Shown: in pieces, positions 24,119 to 37,098 of the stretch | How the letters are laid out: each line of letters begins with the position of its first letter | Position numbering within the stretch: position 1 is the first letter of the stretch | Assembly (NCBI RefSeq): GCF_000002865.3 | Contig: NW_001865085.1 | Span: forward strand, 68,256-132,255 | DNA length: 64,000 nucleotides | Origin: Monosiga brevicollis MX1 | Taxonomy: Eukaryota | Reading direction: 5' to 3' | The notes under the pieces: model-generated | What the model was told of the DNA's origin: nothing | The model's database searches: none | What the model saw: the letters and a program-made list of their open reading frames with translations, nothing else | Position numbers and translations under genes: made by a program

Positions 24119-27100
24119 ATGTTGCCGGGGCCGCATGTTGGTCAGGTGGCATGGCGGAGTTTCGCCCTGTTGGTGGCGCTGGCCCTGCCACAGGCCATGC
24201 TGGTAAGACACCCACTTCGCTCGCCGTTTGACTTTTGGCTGCTTTGTGTTTTTTTTTCCACCTTGACACTTGCATTCTGACGGGTGCTCTTGGACAGATT
24301 CAGGCTCAGTTCGCATCGGATCCTGCTGCATCCAACAAGGACCTCGACTTTTGCAGCACTGTAACCACTTTTGCGGCTGTTGGCGATTGTACCAATTGCA
24401 CTTCTTGCGAACTTAAAGAAGACACAACCACCAAAGGTCTGCCTTTGGCTGATTGCTTCTGCTTCGCTGAGCCGCACAGACCCCATGCCACATGACCGCC
24501 AAACAACCTCACCTCCCCCTCCCCTGAACCTAGTCTATCTCTGTGCGCCAACATGCTGTCCGCAGGGCTACGGCATTTCCTCGATCAAGGACACGAAACG
24601 CGTCGACGTTTGCGCTCGTACGGGAGTTGAATGCCAGCCCCTTGACCTCTACCTCACTCTTCCTACCCCCAGTATCCCTCGCTCACGACCACGTTGTTGC
24701 CATCGCTTTGCCTGTTGCCAGTCTGTGGTCCCTCTGAGCTCACCTACTCGGACAATTACTGCTACGGTCTGTTCCTGTTCTTACCTTGTTCTGCCTGTCA
24801 AGGTTCTGTGGGCCTGTTTGTCGTTGGCTCATCCCGCTCATACCACGAAAAGCACCTCCTTGCGCCCACACTCGTCTACTCACTCTGAACCATCCTGAAC
24901 CCCCGAACCCCCACGCCGCACAGCTGCATGCAGCGCCGGGTTTGGTTTCAAACAAGAAAGCGGTGTCTGTGTGGCATGTAGCCACGGGCTCTGGACCGGC
25001 CCCGGACCGCATCTAGATGCATGCCGACCGTGGCAAATTTGTCACCCAGGCAAATACATGTCCACCATGGGCAGTACCAGCCAGGATCGCCTTTGCGCTG
25101 ATTGTTCCCCTCGTATGTTCTCTGCCTTGCTCCTTGTGTTCGGAGACATTATGACGCAGGATTGCACAGGGATGCTAACGACTGTGATGATCGCCACCGT
25201 TTACACACACACAACTCGCACACACACATCAGACACTTTTAGCGTCTCCCAGAACCAAGTCGGCTGCCAGGCACAGGGAGCTTGCGGTGCTGGTCAATAC
25301 TACAACGCACCGCCTAACCGCGACGCCGCGCGAACCTGTCCAAGTTGTCCTGGTTCGTTAATCATGCATCAGTTTTGATCCTGTCGCATCCTTCCTAGCG
25401 TGGTGCCTAGCTGCATCGCACATGCGTGCACTTACTCATGACTCCGCCGATCCCAATCCTGAACCCCCCACAGCCCGCACATACCAACCCGCAAGTAGCC
25501 ATTTTAATTCCACCTGCCTCCCCAAGGCCAACTCGTGCACCTACCACGAATTCGTCCCCAATCATGCTTCCACCATCGCCGATTTCACCTGCGCCCCGTG
25601 TCCGTCCGGTAAGGGGGGGTAAATAACAATGAAGAAGTCCGAGCTGTCGAAAGTGCGCGATCACTCAGGCAATGTGCCCTTGGTGTCGCTGCGCAGGTCG
25701 ATACCAAAATCAGCCGAGTCACACCCTGAGCTCGTGCAAGCCTATACCAAGTTGCTCTCCGGGCCAATACATCAAGGAAACCTATCCGTCTCCCGACTGG
25801 AGCTGCAGCAACTGCCCGACCAATACCTATGGATACCTTCCTCCAAAAAACACTTGTGGATCCGTGTCCAAGTGCCAATCGGGAGAGTATCTTTTAGTGG
25901 GAAGCACGGCCACCAGCGACACAGTCTGCTCACGATGTCCCAGCTCCACTTTTATCTCCGCCGTGAATCATACTCTGAACAGCTGCACCCCGTGGACAAC
26001 TTGCGAACCCGGTACTTATGTATCCGTTTCGCCCACGAGCAGCTCAGATCGGAGCTGTACCAGTTGTGTCAGCGGCAAATTTTCCACTAGTCAAAATCAA
26101 GCCACATGCGTGGCGCGCTCCGTCACCTGCTCGACCGGGCACTATGTTTCAAATCCCGACTCGCTGACCACAGATCGCCTTTGTGCCACGTGTGGTGCCG
26201 GTGTGTACCATCAACTGCCCTCGGCTGGCCTCTTTAGCCCAAGCCCCCGTCTTTGCCTTTGCTTTTCCTCACCATCTACCTTGCTGCCGATGGACTAGGC
26301 AAATACCAAGCCTCCAACTCTTACACGGGAGCCACTTGCACAAACAAGCTGTCCAGTTGTCCTGCAGGCACATACGCGGCCTTTGTGACGGATCCTACGC
26401 GCAACACAGCTTGCGTTGCCTGCCCCGGCGGTACGCATGCTTGACTTTAAATCGGATGCCAGTTTTCTCTTTTTCTCTTTTTTTTTTCCTTTTTTCGCTT
26501 TACATGTTAAGTGCTTTTTCTCTTTTTTTCTTCGCAATGGTCGGGAAGAAAAAGTACATGATCCTCTGTTTTGCGAGCTTGGACGACCCCTCGATTGACT
26601 TTTGCATTGGCTTGGCAGGCTCCTTCATGAATTTGGCCGCACACTTGCAAACACAATGTATTGCAAAGACTAATACCTGTGGGATTGGAGAATATGTTTC
26701 CAATCCCGATAGCAATACGGCCGACTACACGTGTGCCCTTTGCCCGTCTGGTACGTACGCTTGACCATTGATTTCGTCTGCACCAATCCCAAAGCAAGCT
26801 AATATCATTGTGGTTCGTGGGGGCAGGCACGTTCATGGGCGCCTCAGGCCACCTGAACCACGCCTGTACGAACAAGACGGCGATGTGCTCGCCCGGCACC
26901 TACGTCAGCAATGCAGCAAGCCGAAGTGCAGACTACATCTGCTTGCCTTGCGTTGGGGAGTCTTTCCAGCCGAGCTTTACACAAACTGCCACTGCATGCA
27001 CGCCTCGCGCCACTTGCTCGTATGGCCGTTACGTCGTCAACCCCTCCAGTAAAACAACCAATACCATCTGCGACATCTGTCCGACCGGTGCGTTTCTTGG

Positions 27101-30100
27101 TGTCACCCCGAATGTGACTTGCATTTTTGTTTCGCTGATTGGACATTTTTGCCTGTTTTTTTTAAAAAAATGATCTCGTTGCTTTGCTTGACAGGCACAT
27201 ATATTGACGTGAACGACCATCGCCTCAGTGCTTGCACTACCAAAAGCAGCCTGTGCGGTCCAGGCCAATTCTGCTCCAACCTGGGCGACCCAACCACAGA
27301 TACTACCTGTTCGGCTTGCCCGCCCGGTACGGGTTGTGCAGCCATGTCGTCAGCTTGATCGGCGTTTTTTTTTTTGATGAGATCACCTGCACTCCTCACC
27401 GTTTGCTGGTCACTTGGGCACTAGGGACTTTTCGAGGGGATGCAGCTCACAAACACACAGCATGTACTTTGAAATCTGGTTATTGCATGGCCGGACAGCG
27501 CGTGTCCAATTTCGACAGCACGACACAAAATTATCAGTGCGAAGCCTGTGACACGGACGAATTCAATGCGTTCAATTTCCACCGCAACGCCTCGTGCTTT
27601 ACACGCACCCCCAACTGTGGTCCCGGCTTTCGCATGGAAGTCGCCGCCTCGGCGGCAGAAGATAATACCTGCGTCGAGTGTCCTACCAGTGAGTTTTCGC
27701 CTCTGAAATTCTATGTGACCTTGCACAGACGCGCTAGTCCTTAGAACGTGTGTTTCACCACTTGTTTGATCCAGACACTTATCAACCGAGCACGACGACG
27801 AGCTCGCTTTCCTGTGTGACAAAGGGCACGTGTGAAATCGACGAGTATGCAACTTTTGTCGCCGATCGCACGCGTGACTTGGACTGCCCATCATGCCCAA
27901 GTGGTGCGACCCGATCTGTCATGCACAAGCGTTGATCCACCATGCTTTTTGTACCGCTCACAACTTCTGCTGCAATATCGTCTTCCTCTTTTTTTTTTTC
28001 CACATGGTTGTCGACTGGTTGTGTTATCAACAGGCACGCATTTGAACCTGTCCAATCACCGTGAGACGGCTTGCGTTTCATCTGAAAATGTCTGTCCTTC
28101 CGACCGCTACTATTCAGTGGATACACACGCCTGCGAGGCGTGTGCTACAGGTGGGGCCAGGCCATCACGGCATCTGTTCTGGCCGACTTCTGCTTTTTCT
28201 TTGCCGGATCAGCTCAGCCCGCTGTCTCCACGTATCTTGTAGATACATACCTATCCTACACGGGCTCTGTCCCCTCCTGCGTAACCCGGAGCCGATGCAG
28301 CGCGGGCCATTTTGCCAACAGTAGCAATGCGCGCGCCGATACCACGTGCATACCTTGTCCTGCCGGTATGCCCTGCGCAGACGGACTGAGCAAACGTCCT
28401 TTGACGATTGTACCCCCTCACTTGCTTGAGCATGCATGGCAGTGCTCACATGCCAGTGCTTTTATTTGCGTTGACCTAGGCACGTACATGAGCCATAGAA
28501 ACCATCTTTTCCCAGCTTGCTGGGAACGGGAGTCTTGCCTGGCCGGGCAGGAGGATGTTTTCATCGGCGATGTCACAAAGGCACCACTATGCGAGAATTG
28601 CAGCGCTGGGAGCTACTCCATCGAGGCCTTGGAATCGTGCAATGCATGCCCCGCTGGCACCTATCAAACCTTGCCCGGACAATCCGAGTGTGTTGCCTGC
28701 ACTGGCGCTGGCTTCTCGCCTGCTGGTGCCACCACCTGCTACCCTATTCAACTGCTGGTCGACGGTTCGCCCGTGCTCACGCGCGTTGAGGTTCAATCAT
28801 TGGCGGCCATCGAACTGGTACCCAAGGGCGTACGCTTTCAAACATTGTCCGACTCGGTCACGGGCGTTGAGGTGGTGACAACTACGACAATGACCCAGGC
28901 GTTTTCTCAAACATTGCTTGTCGAAGCCGTGGTCATTGCCACCGAGACTGTGTTGCTCAGTCGCACAGTGACCTTTGTGGTACCAGATACCACTCCACCC
29001 GAGTTGACGGGTGCAACGAGCGTCACGCTGATATCAGGCCAGCAGTGGACACCCTCGTACACGGCCTGGGACGCTCGGGATGGAAACGTGTCGGCCTCTG
29101 TGACCGTGCAAATCGTCTCCTCGCCGCCCGAAACCACCACGGGTAGCTGCACCGGGTCTTGGCTCAACACCAGCTGGTCGTCATACAATATTAGTGCAAC
29201 TGATTCACTGGTCGCGGACGCCTTATTCGGACCTGATGGCAGCACATATGTGGCTCTAGTATCGGCACGAGACAGTGCTGACAACGTGGCCACTCTCAAC
29301 GTCACCATCACCATGGCTGAAAATGAGGCGCCCCTCGTGCAGATGGCCTTGACGGAGCGTACAATTGAGTGGGGTGACGCCGTTCAGCTGCCCGAGATTC
29401 AGGTGCAGCTCAACACTGCGCCCATGCGCCTGCTTACCTCGTGCCTGGTCGTCGAGCGGTGGAAGCTTGCCGTACCTTCAAATGCGACCACAGGCATCTT
29501 GGACGTGGATTGGAATGCGTCAAGCCTGTGGGATCCTACGAGTCCGCAACGGGCGGCGCTGGTCTCGGGTGGACTCGCCATGCTGAGTACAAGTCAAACG
29601 GCACCTGGCATGTTGATTCGCCTGCGTTACCAATTTAGCGCGTTGGGCCGGCAGACTCTGCAAGACGTGTTGCTGCTAGTGCGTGACTCAAAGGTACCGC
29701 AGCTCAACGTAGTCTGGCCCAACGGCAACCAGAACAATGTCGTGTTGCCCTTTGGAATCATTCCCACGCCTCCTCAGTATGATTGCACAGACGACCCCGC
29801 TGGGTCACCCACGGTTGTGACTTGGAAGGCACCCCCATATCAGCGCTATATGCCTGGGGCGTATACTGTGACCGTAGCTTGTTATGACTCGAGCGGCCAC
29901 GCGGTGCAAGACTCTCGTACCTGGATTGTGGCACAACCGGAGCCACCAGTTAGTGCCCTCGAAATTTTAGCTCAAGCAGAGGAGTCTGCAGATGGCATCT
30001 CTGTCAATGTTATTTTGGAGACTCTCAAGCGCAAGCTGCAAACGCCATGGGTGTTTGTCATTGATATTGTAAACGGCGCAGATTTTGCCTTCAATCTATG

Positions 30101-33053
30101 GCCTCCAGCTGCCAACAGGACCGATTCGTTGGTTGGCCTACCTAGTGTGGCACTGCATGTGGCCGTCCGCGCCCCAGTCACATATGAGTGGCAATCCCCA
30201 AGCAGTCTGGTTGAAGTTTGTGAGCAGACGGATTGCATCGGGCAATCCGTTGCTCTTTCTGAGTTGGGAGTCTATAACTACACGGCAGAAGAGCTCGCAT
30301 CGGCAACCCGGTGGATTGGTTCCACCGCCACAAGTTCAACGACCCTACAACCAACGACAACGACAACCACGACAACGACAACGACCACAACCACAACCAC
30401 AACTGCAGCTAGCACGACACAACCCACGTCAGCTGGGCGGGTGGATGATACCACTCACCCAGGGGAAGGAGAGACAACAATAAGATTGGCCAGCACGAGC
30501 CGAACCAGTGAATGCTCGGGCTACGGCACGTTTGACGATGACACGGGGGAGTGCGTTTGCGACTTTTATTCGGGTCGTCAGGGCACCTTCTGCGAGATTC
30601 CTGGTTGCCCGACTATTACCGATGAAGACTGCTCCGGCCATGGTGAGTGCAACTCGGAGAATGCCGAGTGCACCTGTGACTCCGGCTGGGTTGGTGTGGC
30701 CTGCAGCGTTCCCGATTGTCTCAACAACTGCCACTTCCGTGGCACCTGCGATCCTGACACCTACGCACCTCTTGTCCGTTGCGTTAACTGCGATGAGGGC
30801 TGGATGGGTTTGGATTGCGGCACGCCCTGCACTCATGGTACCGAAACGCCCAAGGACTCTATCAACTGCGTTTGTGAGCTTGGATGGACCTCGGAGAGTT
30901 GCAATGTCCAATGCAGTGGCGCTGGCATCATCGAGGACGACCAGTGCATCTGCAACTACCTTCAAGGCTTCTGGGGTGATTTGTGCGACGAGCCTGGCTG
31001 CCCTGGCAACGGCGCGTGCCTTTTTAATACCAGTGCGCCGGGCATTTGTGATCTCTCTGGCGCCGAACGCATGGCTCACGGTGAGTCTTGCTCTGGCCGT
31101 GGTATTTGCAACTCGGAGCTGGCTGTCTGTGACTGCAACCCCGGGTGGCGTGGTCCTGGCTGTGAGAGTCCGGACTGCCCCGGCGAGCCTGACTGCTATG
31201 GCCGTGGCTTCTGTAACCACACGCTCGAGGAACCCATTTGTCAAAACTGCGATGCAGGTTGGATGGGACGTGACTGCAACACACCCTGTGTTCACGGCGT
31301 GGAAACACCCGTCAACTCAGGTTTCTGCTTGTGCGAAACGGGTTGGAGTGGCGAGAGCTGTGATGCTGAATGCTCGGGCAACGGTAAAATCCGCACGTCC
31401 GATCAGGGCGTCGTGTTTTGTGCCTGCGATTACGAGAAGGGATTCTGGGGCGAGCTGTGCGACGTGCCTGGTTGCCCTGGTAACGGCCCTTGCGCCGAGG
31501 GTGCATACGATGGCGTCTGTGGCTTCACCGATTACAGGCGCATGCAAGAGGGTCAGTCATGCAGTGGCAACGGCGAGTGCTCGGGCGGGGTTTGTGAGTG
31601 TTTCAGCGGCTGGCAGGGTGTCGGCTGTGAAACCCCCGACTGTCCTGGCGTACCCAACTGCAACAACCAGGGCACGTGCAAGTGGGAGAACGAAACGGAC
31701 CCCACCTGCGTTGACTGCATCGGTGTTTTCATGGGAGCTGCCTGCTCGGAACGATGCGTGCATGGAACGCAATCTCCGCCCAACTCGGGCATCTGCATCT
31801 GTGATCCGGGCTGGACCTCAGCCTCGTGCGACATCGAGTGCTCCGGCTTTGGAAGCATTGTCGATGGAGTTTGCGAGTGCACTTTTGAGAGTGGGCGCTC
31901 AGGCGCGAGCTGCGAGATTGAGGGCTGCCCGACCAAGGTCGCGGGTGCAGAGTGCTCGGGTCACGGTGACTGCAATGCCTTGGGTGAATGTGATTGCCTT
32001 CCCTCCTGGGTAGGCATTGGGTGCCACATTCCTGATTGCCCCGAAAACTGCTCGGGCAATGGCGTGTGCTACGGTGACTGGGAGGACGGTCAAGCCTATT
32101 GCGTTTGTGATGCCGGCTACTTGTACCCCTCTTGCTCGGTGCCTTGCGTGCACGGGGTTGAGACGCCCCTGCGATCAGGTCTGTGTGTCTGCGAGCCTCA
32201 ATACACGGGCGTGTCGTGTGACGTTGAGTGCAATGACCATGGTGTCATCGTCAATAGCGAGTGCGTCTGTCGCACCGCTGTTCCCGGTGACTCGTGGTCT
32301 GGTTCGGCCTGCAATGTCGCCTCCTGTCCTGGCTTCCCAACATGCAGTGACAACGGCGTGTGCAACAGCGCGACTGGCGCGTGCACATGTGATAACGGCT
32401 TTGCCGGAGCCAATTGCTCTGAGCCCGTGTTTCCGGACGATCCGCCAGGCAATAAGGAAAGTGAATCAAGCACACAACGCTCTGGCGTCAACCCAGCCCT
32501 GGTGGGTGGGGCAGCGGCTGGTCTCATCTTGCTCCTGATGGTCGTGGTCTTTGCTGTGCGCCGCTCTCGACGCAACCACCGCCCGCGACCGCATCTTGGC
32601 AGTGACCCCAAGGTCTTGAATAGTCCCCATGAGCCGTTCATGTTTGCCAATCCGACTTATCATCCACCCGAGGGTGGCTTCCCGACCCCGGCGCAACTGA
32701 ACAGCCACGTCCAAAACGGCTGGGACATGGCCACGTACGACCATGGTCGCCCTGCTGATAGCTCGCCATCTTTGACGACAGGCGAATATGCTGCTGTTCC
32801 AGTCACTTCATCACAGGAAACCGACTGGGTCAATTATGACACTGGAACGCCGCGCGCACAGGCCAGCACGTATTACTCAGCCCCCATTAACCACAACTAC
32901 TACTCGGCCGTGGGTCAAGCGCAAGAAACCACAGACATTTACGGCATGGCAAACTACGCCGAACCCGCCGCTCTCCCACCTCGCCCTCGTGCGCTCACTC
33001 TCTCCGGTTCCCATCCACCAGGCTCACATGCCGTTGATACTTCCGACACCTGA
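24119..33053 (+). CDS. Single-pass type I receptor (~2,320 aa): signal peptide, TNFR/GCC2-GCC3-like Cys-rich repeats, DUF5011/HYR-like Ig folds, Thr-rich stalk, tenascin-type EGF array, TM helix, Tyr-motif tail
   Basis: Predicted exons 24119-24202, 24298-24360, 24566-24617, 24722-24766, 25017-25112, 25233-25352, 25474-25608, 25697-26200, 26299-26430, 26619-26750, 26827-27087, 27195-27326, 27425-27688, 27775-27903, 28034-28150, 28243-28365, 28480-33053; they sum to 6,963 nt and stay in frame. Repeats CxxGxY...TxDxxCxxCPxG; EGF motifs CSGHGxC...CxCxxGWxGxxC; TM ALVGGAAAGLILLLMVVVFAV followed by RRSRR. The first 3-4 exons are tentative. Confidence 0.88.
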
Positions 33054-33599
33054 ATGCTCTGGCTGCGCCATCGCATTCATTTTATTGATTCTCATCATCT
33101 TTGCAAGTTTGAGCAAAGGCATCGATCTCCTCTTGTTTTGTTTTGTTTTTTTTTCGAAGAGATTGCAGAGTGTGCCCAGCCTTCTGAACTGGGATGCACC
33201 TCTTTTGCGTTTATCGTTCTCCACTGTGCCGTGTTGTAAGCGACTTTTCTGCAGGCGCTCTTGTCTCGCCTTTCATTTTTTTTTTTTTTTGCGAGTTTTG
33301 TGATGTTTTTTTCCGTATGTTAAGTATGTAATACAACGCGCTCTTCTGCTTCCCCCGCCTTGTTTGGCCACGTTCGGGGTTGATGTTATCGTCTCACCCA
33401 AGCAGCAGGAAGCGACTTGAACATAATAAATTGATGGCCACCCGCCAGTTAACTTCGTACATCTTCTTTAAATTTTTCCACAACATCTTTCATAAAACTT
33501 GCCTACAAAACTGCAATAACTCAATTATTTTCAACATGAATGTCATTTGGTGCGTGGCACATGTATTTTACTTCTTTTTTCTTCTTTGGGACCAACGAG

Positions 33600-35049
33600 A
33601 TGCGAGATGAGCTTCGACGGGCGGCGTACTTTGGTGCCGGGGCGGCGGCAACTTGGTTGCTGCTGCGAGCACTGACGCGGGGAGACGAGGATCCAATCGT
33701 GCACCGTGGGGTCGCTCGGGCAGGTGGGTGCTGTTTGTCTTGCATGCTTTTGCAGTGCCCGCTTGTTCGTTGTCGCTCATGGCCAATGCCCACACGTGCC
33801 AGACGGTGCGCCCGCGCCGACGCTTGATGGCGAGTCGGGCAAGAAGAACTCCTCGCTGTCGACCGAGTCACTCAAGTTGGTACGTGCACAGCTTGAGGCT
33901 GTGCCAGCTGATGCGCTACCAGACTTTGTGTCGCATTACTTGAGGCTGTCTAAGGCAACGCTGCTTCGCCTCGCGGCCGAGTCCATGACAGGCGGCGAAC
34001 TTTTGGAACATGCCGAACCAGATCGCTTTGGCTTTGATGTGTTTTCTAAACTGCGCTGGAGCGGTGTGGAAGGTGCAGACAATGAAACGTTGGGTCGCTG
34101 GCTCAAGGCCTTGGTCGCAGTCACCCCAGCTGCGTCGGCCGAGGCCGAGACACCCATGGATGACGACGCCGACGATGCCTCGCCTCAAAACGAACCGGGA
34201 CGGCGAGTGGCCTTGCTGGAAAGGCACCTGAAAGTGCTGCGCGAGGCCGCAGCTGCGACGGCTGAGAGACGCCAAGCGTCTGCGCAGGTTGTAGAGACGG
34301 ACAATGGCTTTGGTGTGATGCTTTCGCAGCCCAGCTCCACGATGCAGCGCTGGATGCGAGCCGCCGCCGCTGCAGATACTCAGGGCCCACACCTGGATAT
34401 TGGGGCCGCTTATGGAGTGGCTTCGGCGCCTGTACTTGCGGCTGGGGCCCGGGTAGTCGCATGCGATCTTTCATCCACTCAGCTCGACCTCATTGCTGAA
34501 CGCGCCAGTGCCCTTCTTCGGGATGCGCCAGCCTCGGATGCCGTCGTCCTCGTTCCCGAAGTTGAGCAGCGACTCGAGTGTTTGGTTGGGGCGGTTCCGG
34601 GAGTTCTGAGTCGTTTGTCTCCACCTGTGCACCATGTGCTCGCCTCCAACGTGCTACACTTTTTGCCGCCCCGCGCGTTGCGCCTCACGCTCCAACGCCT
34701 ATATGATGCCATGGCGCCTGGTGCATGCCTGTATGTGGAAGCTGATACGCCATACATGGCAGGGACCTGGCCCTTGTCATGGCTGTATGCTTGGCGACGC
34801 GTCTTGGGCAGTGCTTTCCCGGGTTATTTCTGGTTCCCAGCCAGCTTGCGAGCCTGGCTGCTGCCGCACCGCCTGCGGGCCGTGGACCACTATCACATGT
34901 TGGATACCCGCGTGTTGCTCCGCGAGCTCCGTGCCGTGGGCTTTGAGATCGATGAGCTTTTTTACGAGTCGCTGGCGCCAGAACAGGATGCCTTTGGCCT
35001 TGTACATGATGGTCGGGAGATTGTTGTGGCCATTGCCTGCCGGCGCTAA
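33600..35049 (+). CDS. Class I SAM-dependent methyltransferase with an N-terminal extension
   Basis: Exons 33600-33723 and 33803-35049 (phase-1 intron restores the frame). Motif I HLDIGAAYGVAS, post-I VVACDLS, VLASNVLHFL and MAPGACLYVE motifs. Confidence 0.85.
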
Positions 35050-35300
35050 AAGGTTGTAGCCTAAAGAAGGAGTTTATATTGGGCTCATGTCGACCTAATC
35101 AAGTCATTTACACCATACGACGCACACAAAATTCATCCAACACCCCACCACCGCCGCCGGCACTTTTGCCCTGACTTGATCTCAATGTCCAACAACCTGC
35201 ACATAGCTGTTCCCTGTCAAACCTGGGGAGACACCCCCCACATGCCCTCCCCACAAGCGCATTCCTTTCAAGTTGTTCCGTCAGTAAGAAGAAGATCGAT

Positions 35301-35303
<3 letters not shown>

Positions 35304-35389
<86 letters not shown>
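35304..35389. repeat. (CA)n microsatellite
   Basis: Pure CA run just upstream of the ATG at 35455. Confidence 0.97.
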
Positions 35390-35391
<2 letters not shown>

Positions 35392-35454
35392 TTCAAATTT
35401 TTAATTTTTTACACAAGCAGGCATCATCATCATCATTGCCGTAGTAGTATCAAG

Positions 35455-36782
35455 ATGGAAGAAGGATATTGGTCGCATGCTGTGAATGACCGGGAGCGGT
35501 TGGCAGAGGCCATGGCACTGCGACGGTCGAGGATTGAGGTGGGTGGGGTTGGATGCAGGAGAGGATGGATAGCGGGTGCAGTGGGTCAGCTGGTGTTGTA
35601 TGAATGTTTCGGGTGGAGACAAACTCATGGTGTTGCGCAGGCTGACGTGCGGGTGGGAGCTGGGCGGGCCACTGGCCAGGAGCTGATTATGGCGCACCCT
35701 CCCGCCACGACCAGCGATCTGAGCTTTTACGACTTTGTCGAGACGTTGCTTGCAGCCGAGGTACGATGGGTTTGTTGCGTTGTGGAACCGGGGGGCCGAT
35801 GCCCAACTGATGTGGGGTACTGCTCCCAGTTTACCATTAGCATTCTCAAGCTGGATTTCAAGGACACCGATGCCGTAGCACCAGCGCTGGCGTGGTTGCG
35901 TGGTGCGTGACCAGTCAATATGTGGCTCCGTTGAAGTGAGCACTCTGCAGCACGGATGTAGACTGGCGCCACGCTCATGTGGTCTCGGGATCTTCACAGC
36001 GCATGCGCAGGCCCGGCTGAAGGCGAGAAACATTCAACTCTGGCTGAATGCCGATATACTCCAGGGACCAGGTATGTCTCCACTTTGTGACCCCATGGCA
36101 GCCCGTGCTTGATCTTACGCCTCACTGGGCAACAATATAAACTCGGTTCAACACAGGCGGGGCTGCACCGGTTTTTGATGCAGCCGGCTTTGTGCGGCAA
36201 TGTCGCGCTGCATTTCCCGCTGCCACGTTGTCCCTGGGTTGGACAACCTCGAAGCTTTGCCTCAAAGGCTATACACGCCAGCACGAAGCCGAGGTACGTG
36301 CCTTTTTTTCATAGCAGCGTTGGAGTTTTTCTCAACTGCCCCTCCATCCCCTTGCAGCGATCCTTTGACTCGCATTTTTACCTGACACTTTCTATTGGTG
36401 CGCTGCTGCTGCGGGTGGCACTTTAGATGCTAGAGCTGATTCAGACGCAAGCGGGAGATATGCCCGTGACTTTTGCCGTTTCCCTGTTTCATGCTCTTTT
36501 ACGTCCAGATACGATTGATGCCCTGCTGTATGCGGCGCCTGACGCCTCGGTCACGCTCTGGGGCCATGAACCCTATGGGGTACGTCCAAGTCTGTGCTTT
36601 GCTAGGAGGGACACAATCTCGTGGGCACTCATTTCTTATCGTGTTGCTGGCACTTGCAGGCCGCAGCCCTGATCGACAAACTACAGCGCACGCACGGAGC
36701 AGCGCGCGTTCACGTAGACACTGCACCAGGACCCTGGCACGTACTACTGCTGCACGGTCTCCAACGCCTATACAATTGCTAA
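35455..36782 (+). CDS. FAM151B: FAM151/menorin family (DUF2181, PLC-like phosphodiesterase fold) protein, multi-exon, FAM151B-like
   Basis: Spliced motifs YWSHAVN, IE|ADV, IMAHPPATTSDLS, ILKLDFK, LWLNADILQGPG, FPAATLSLGW, VTFAV and VTLWG are typical of the family; stop TAA at 36780-36782. Confidence 0.85.
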
Positions 36783-37098
36783 TGAACCGTGTCCCTCGAC
36801 TTGACGTCGAGGAGAACATGCCACTGCGTGGCCCATGATCCAAGTGCTGCAAGGGTCTTGGCCCATGGCCTGCTATTAATTGATTCCTGAGGAGACATGT
36901 AGTACGAACGTTTTTTGACTGCTTGCGTCTCTTGCATAACCGGGACCCTTGATCGGACGACGCCCAAGGTCAACAGCTCCTCAACCAATACGATGTTCTG
37001 TTATGACATTGTTAGCACCACCTTGATCCTGTAATATCCAGACCGATGATCCATGATGCACACCCACAGACAGCCTGAGATCGCCACAGTCGGAGCTA

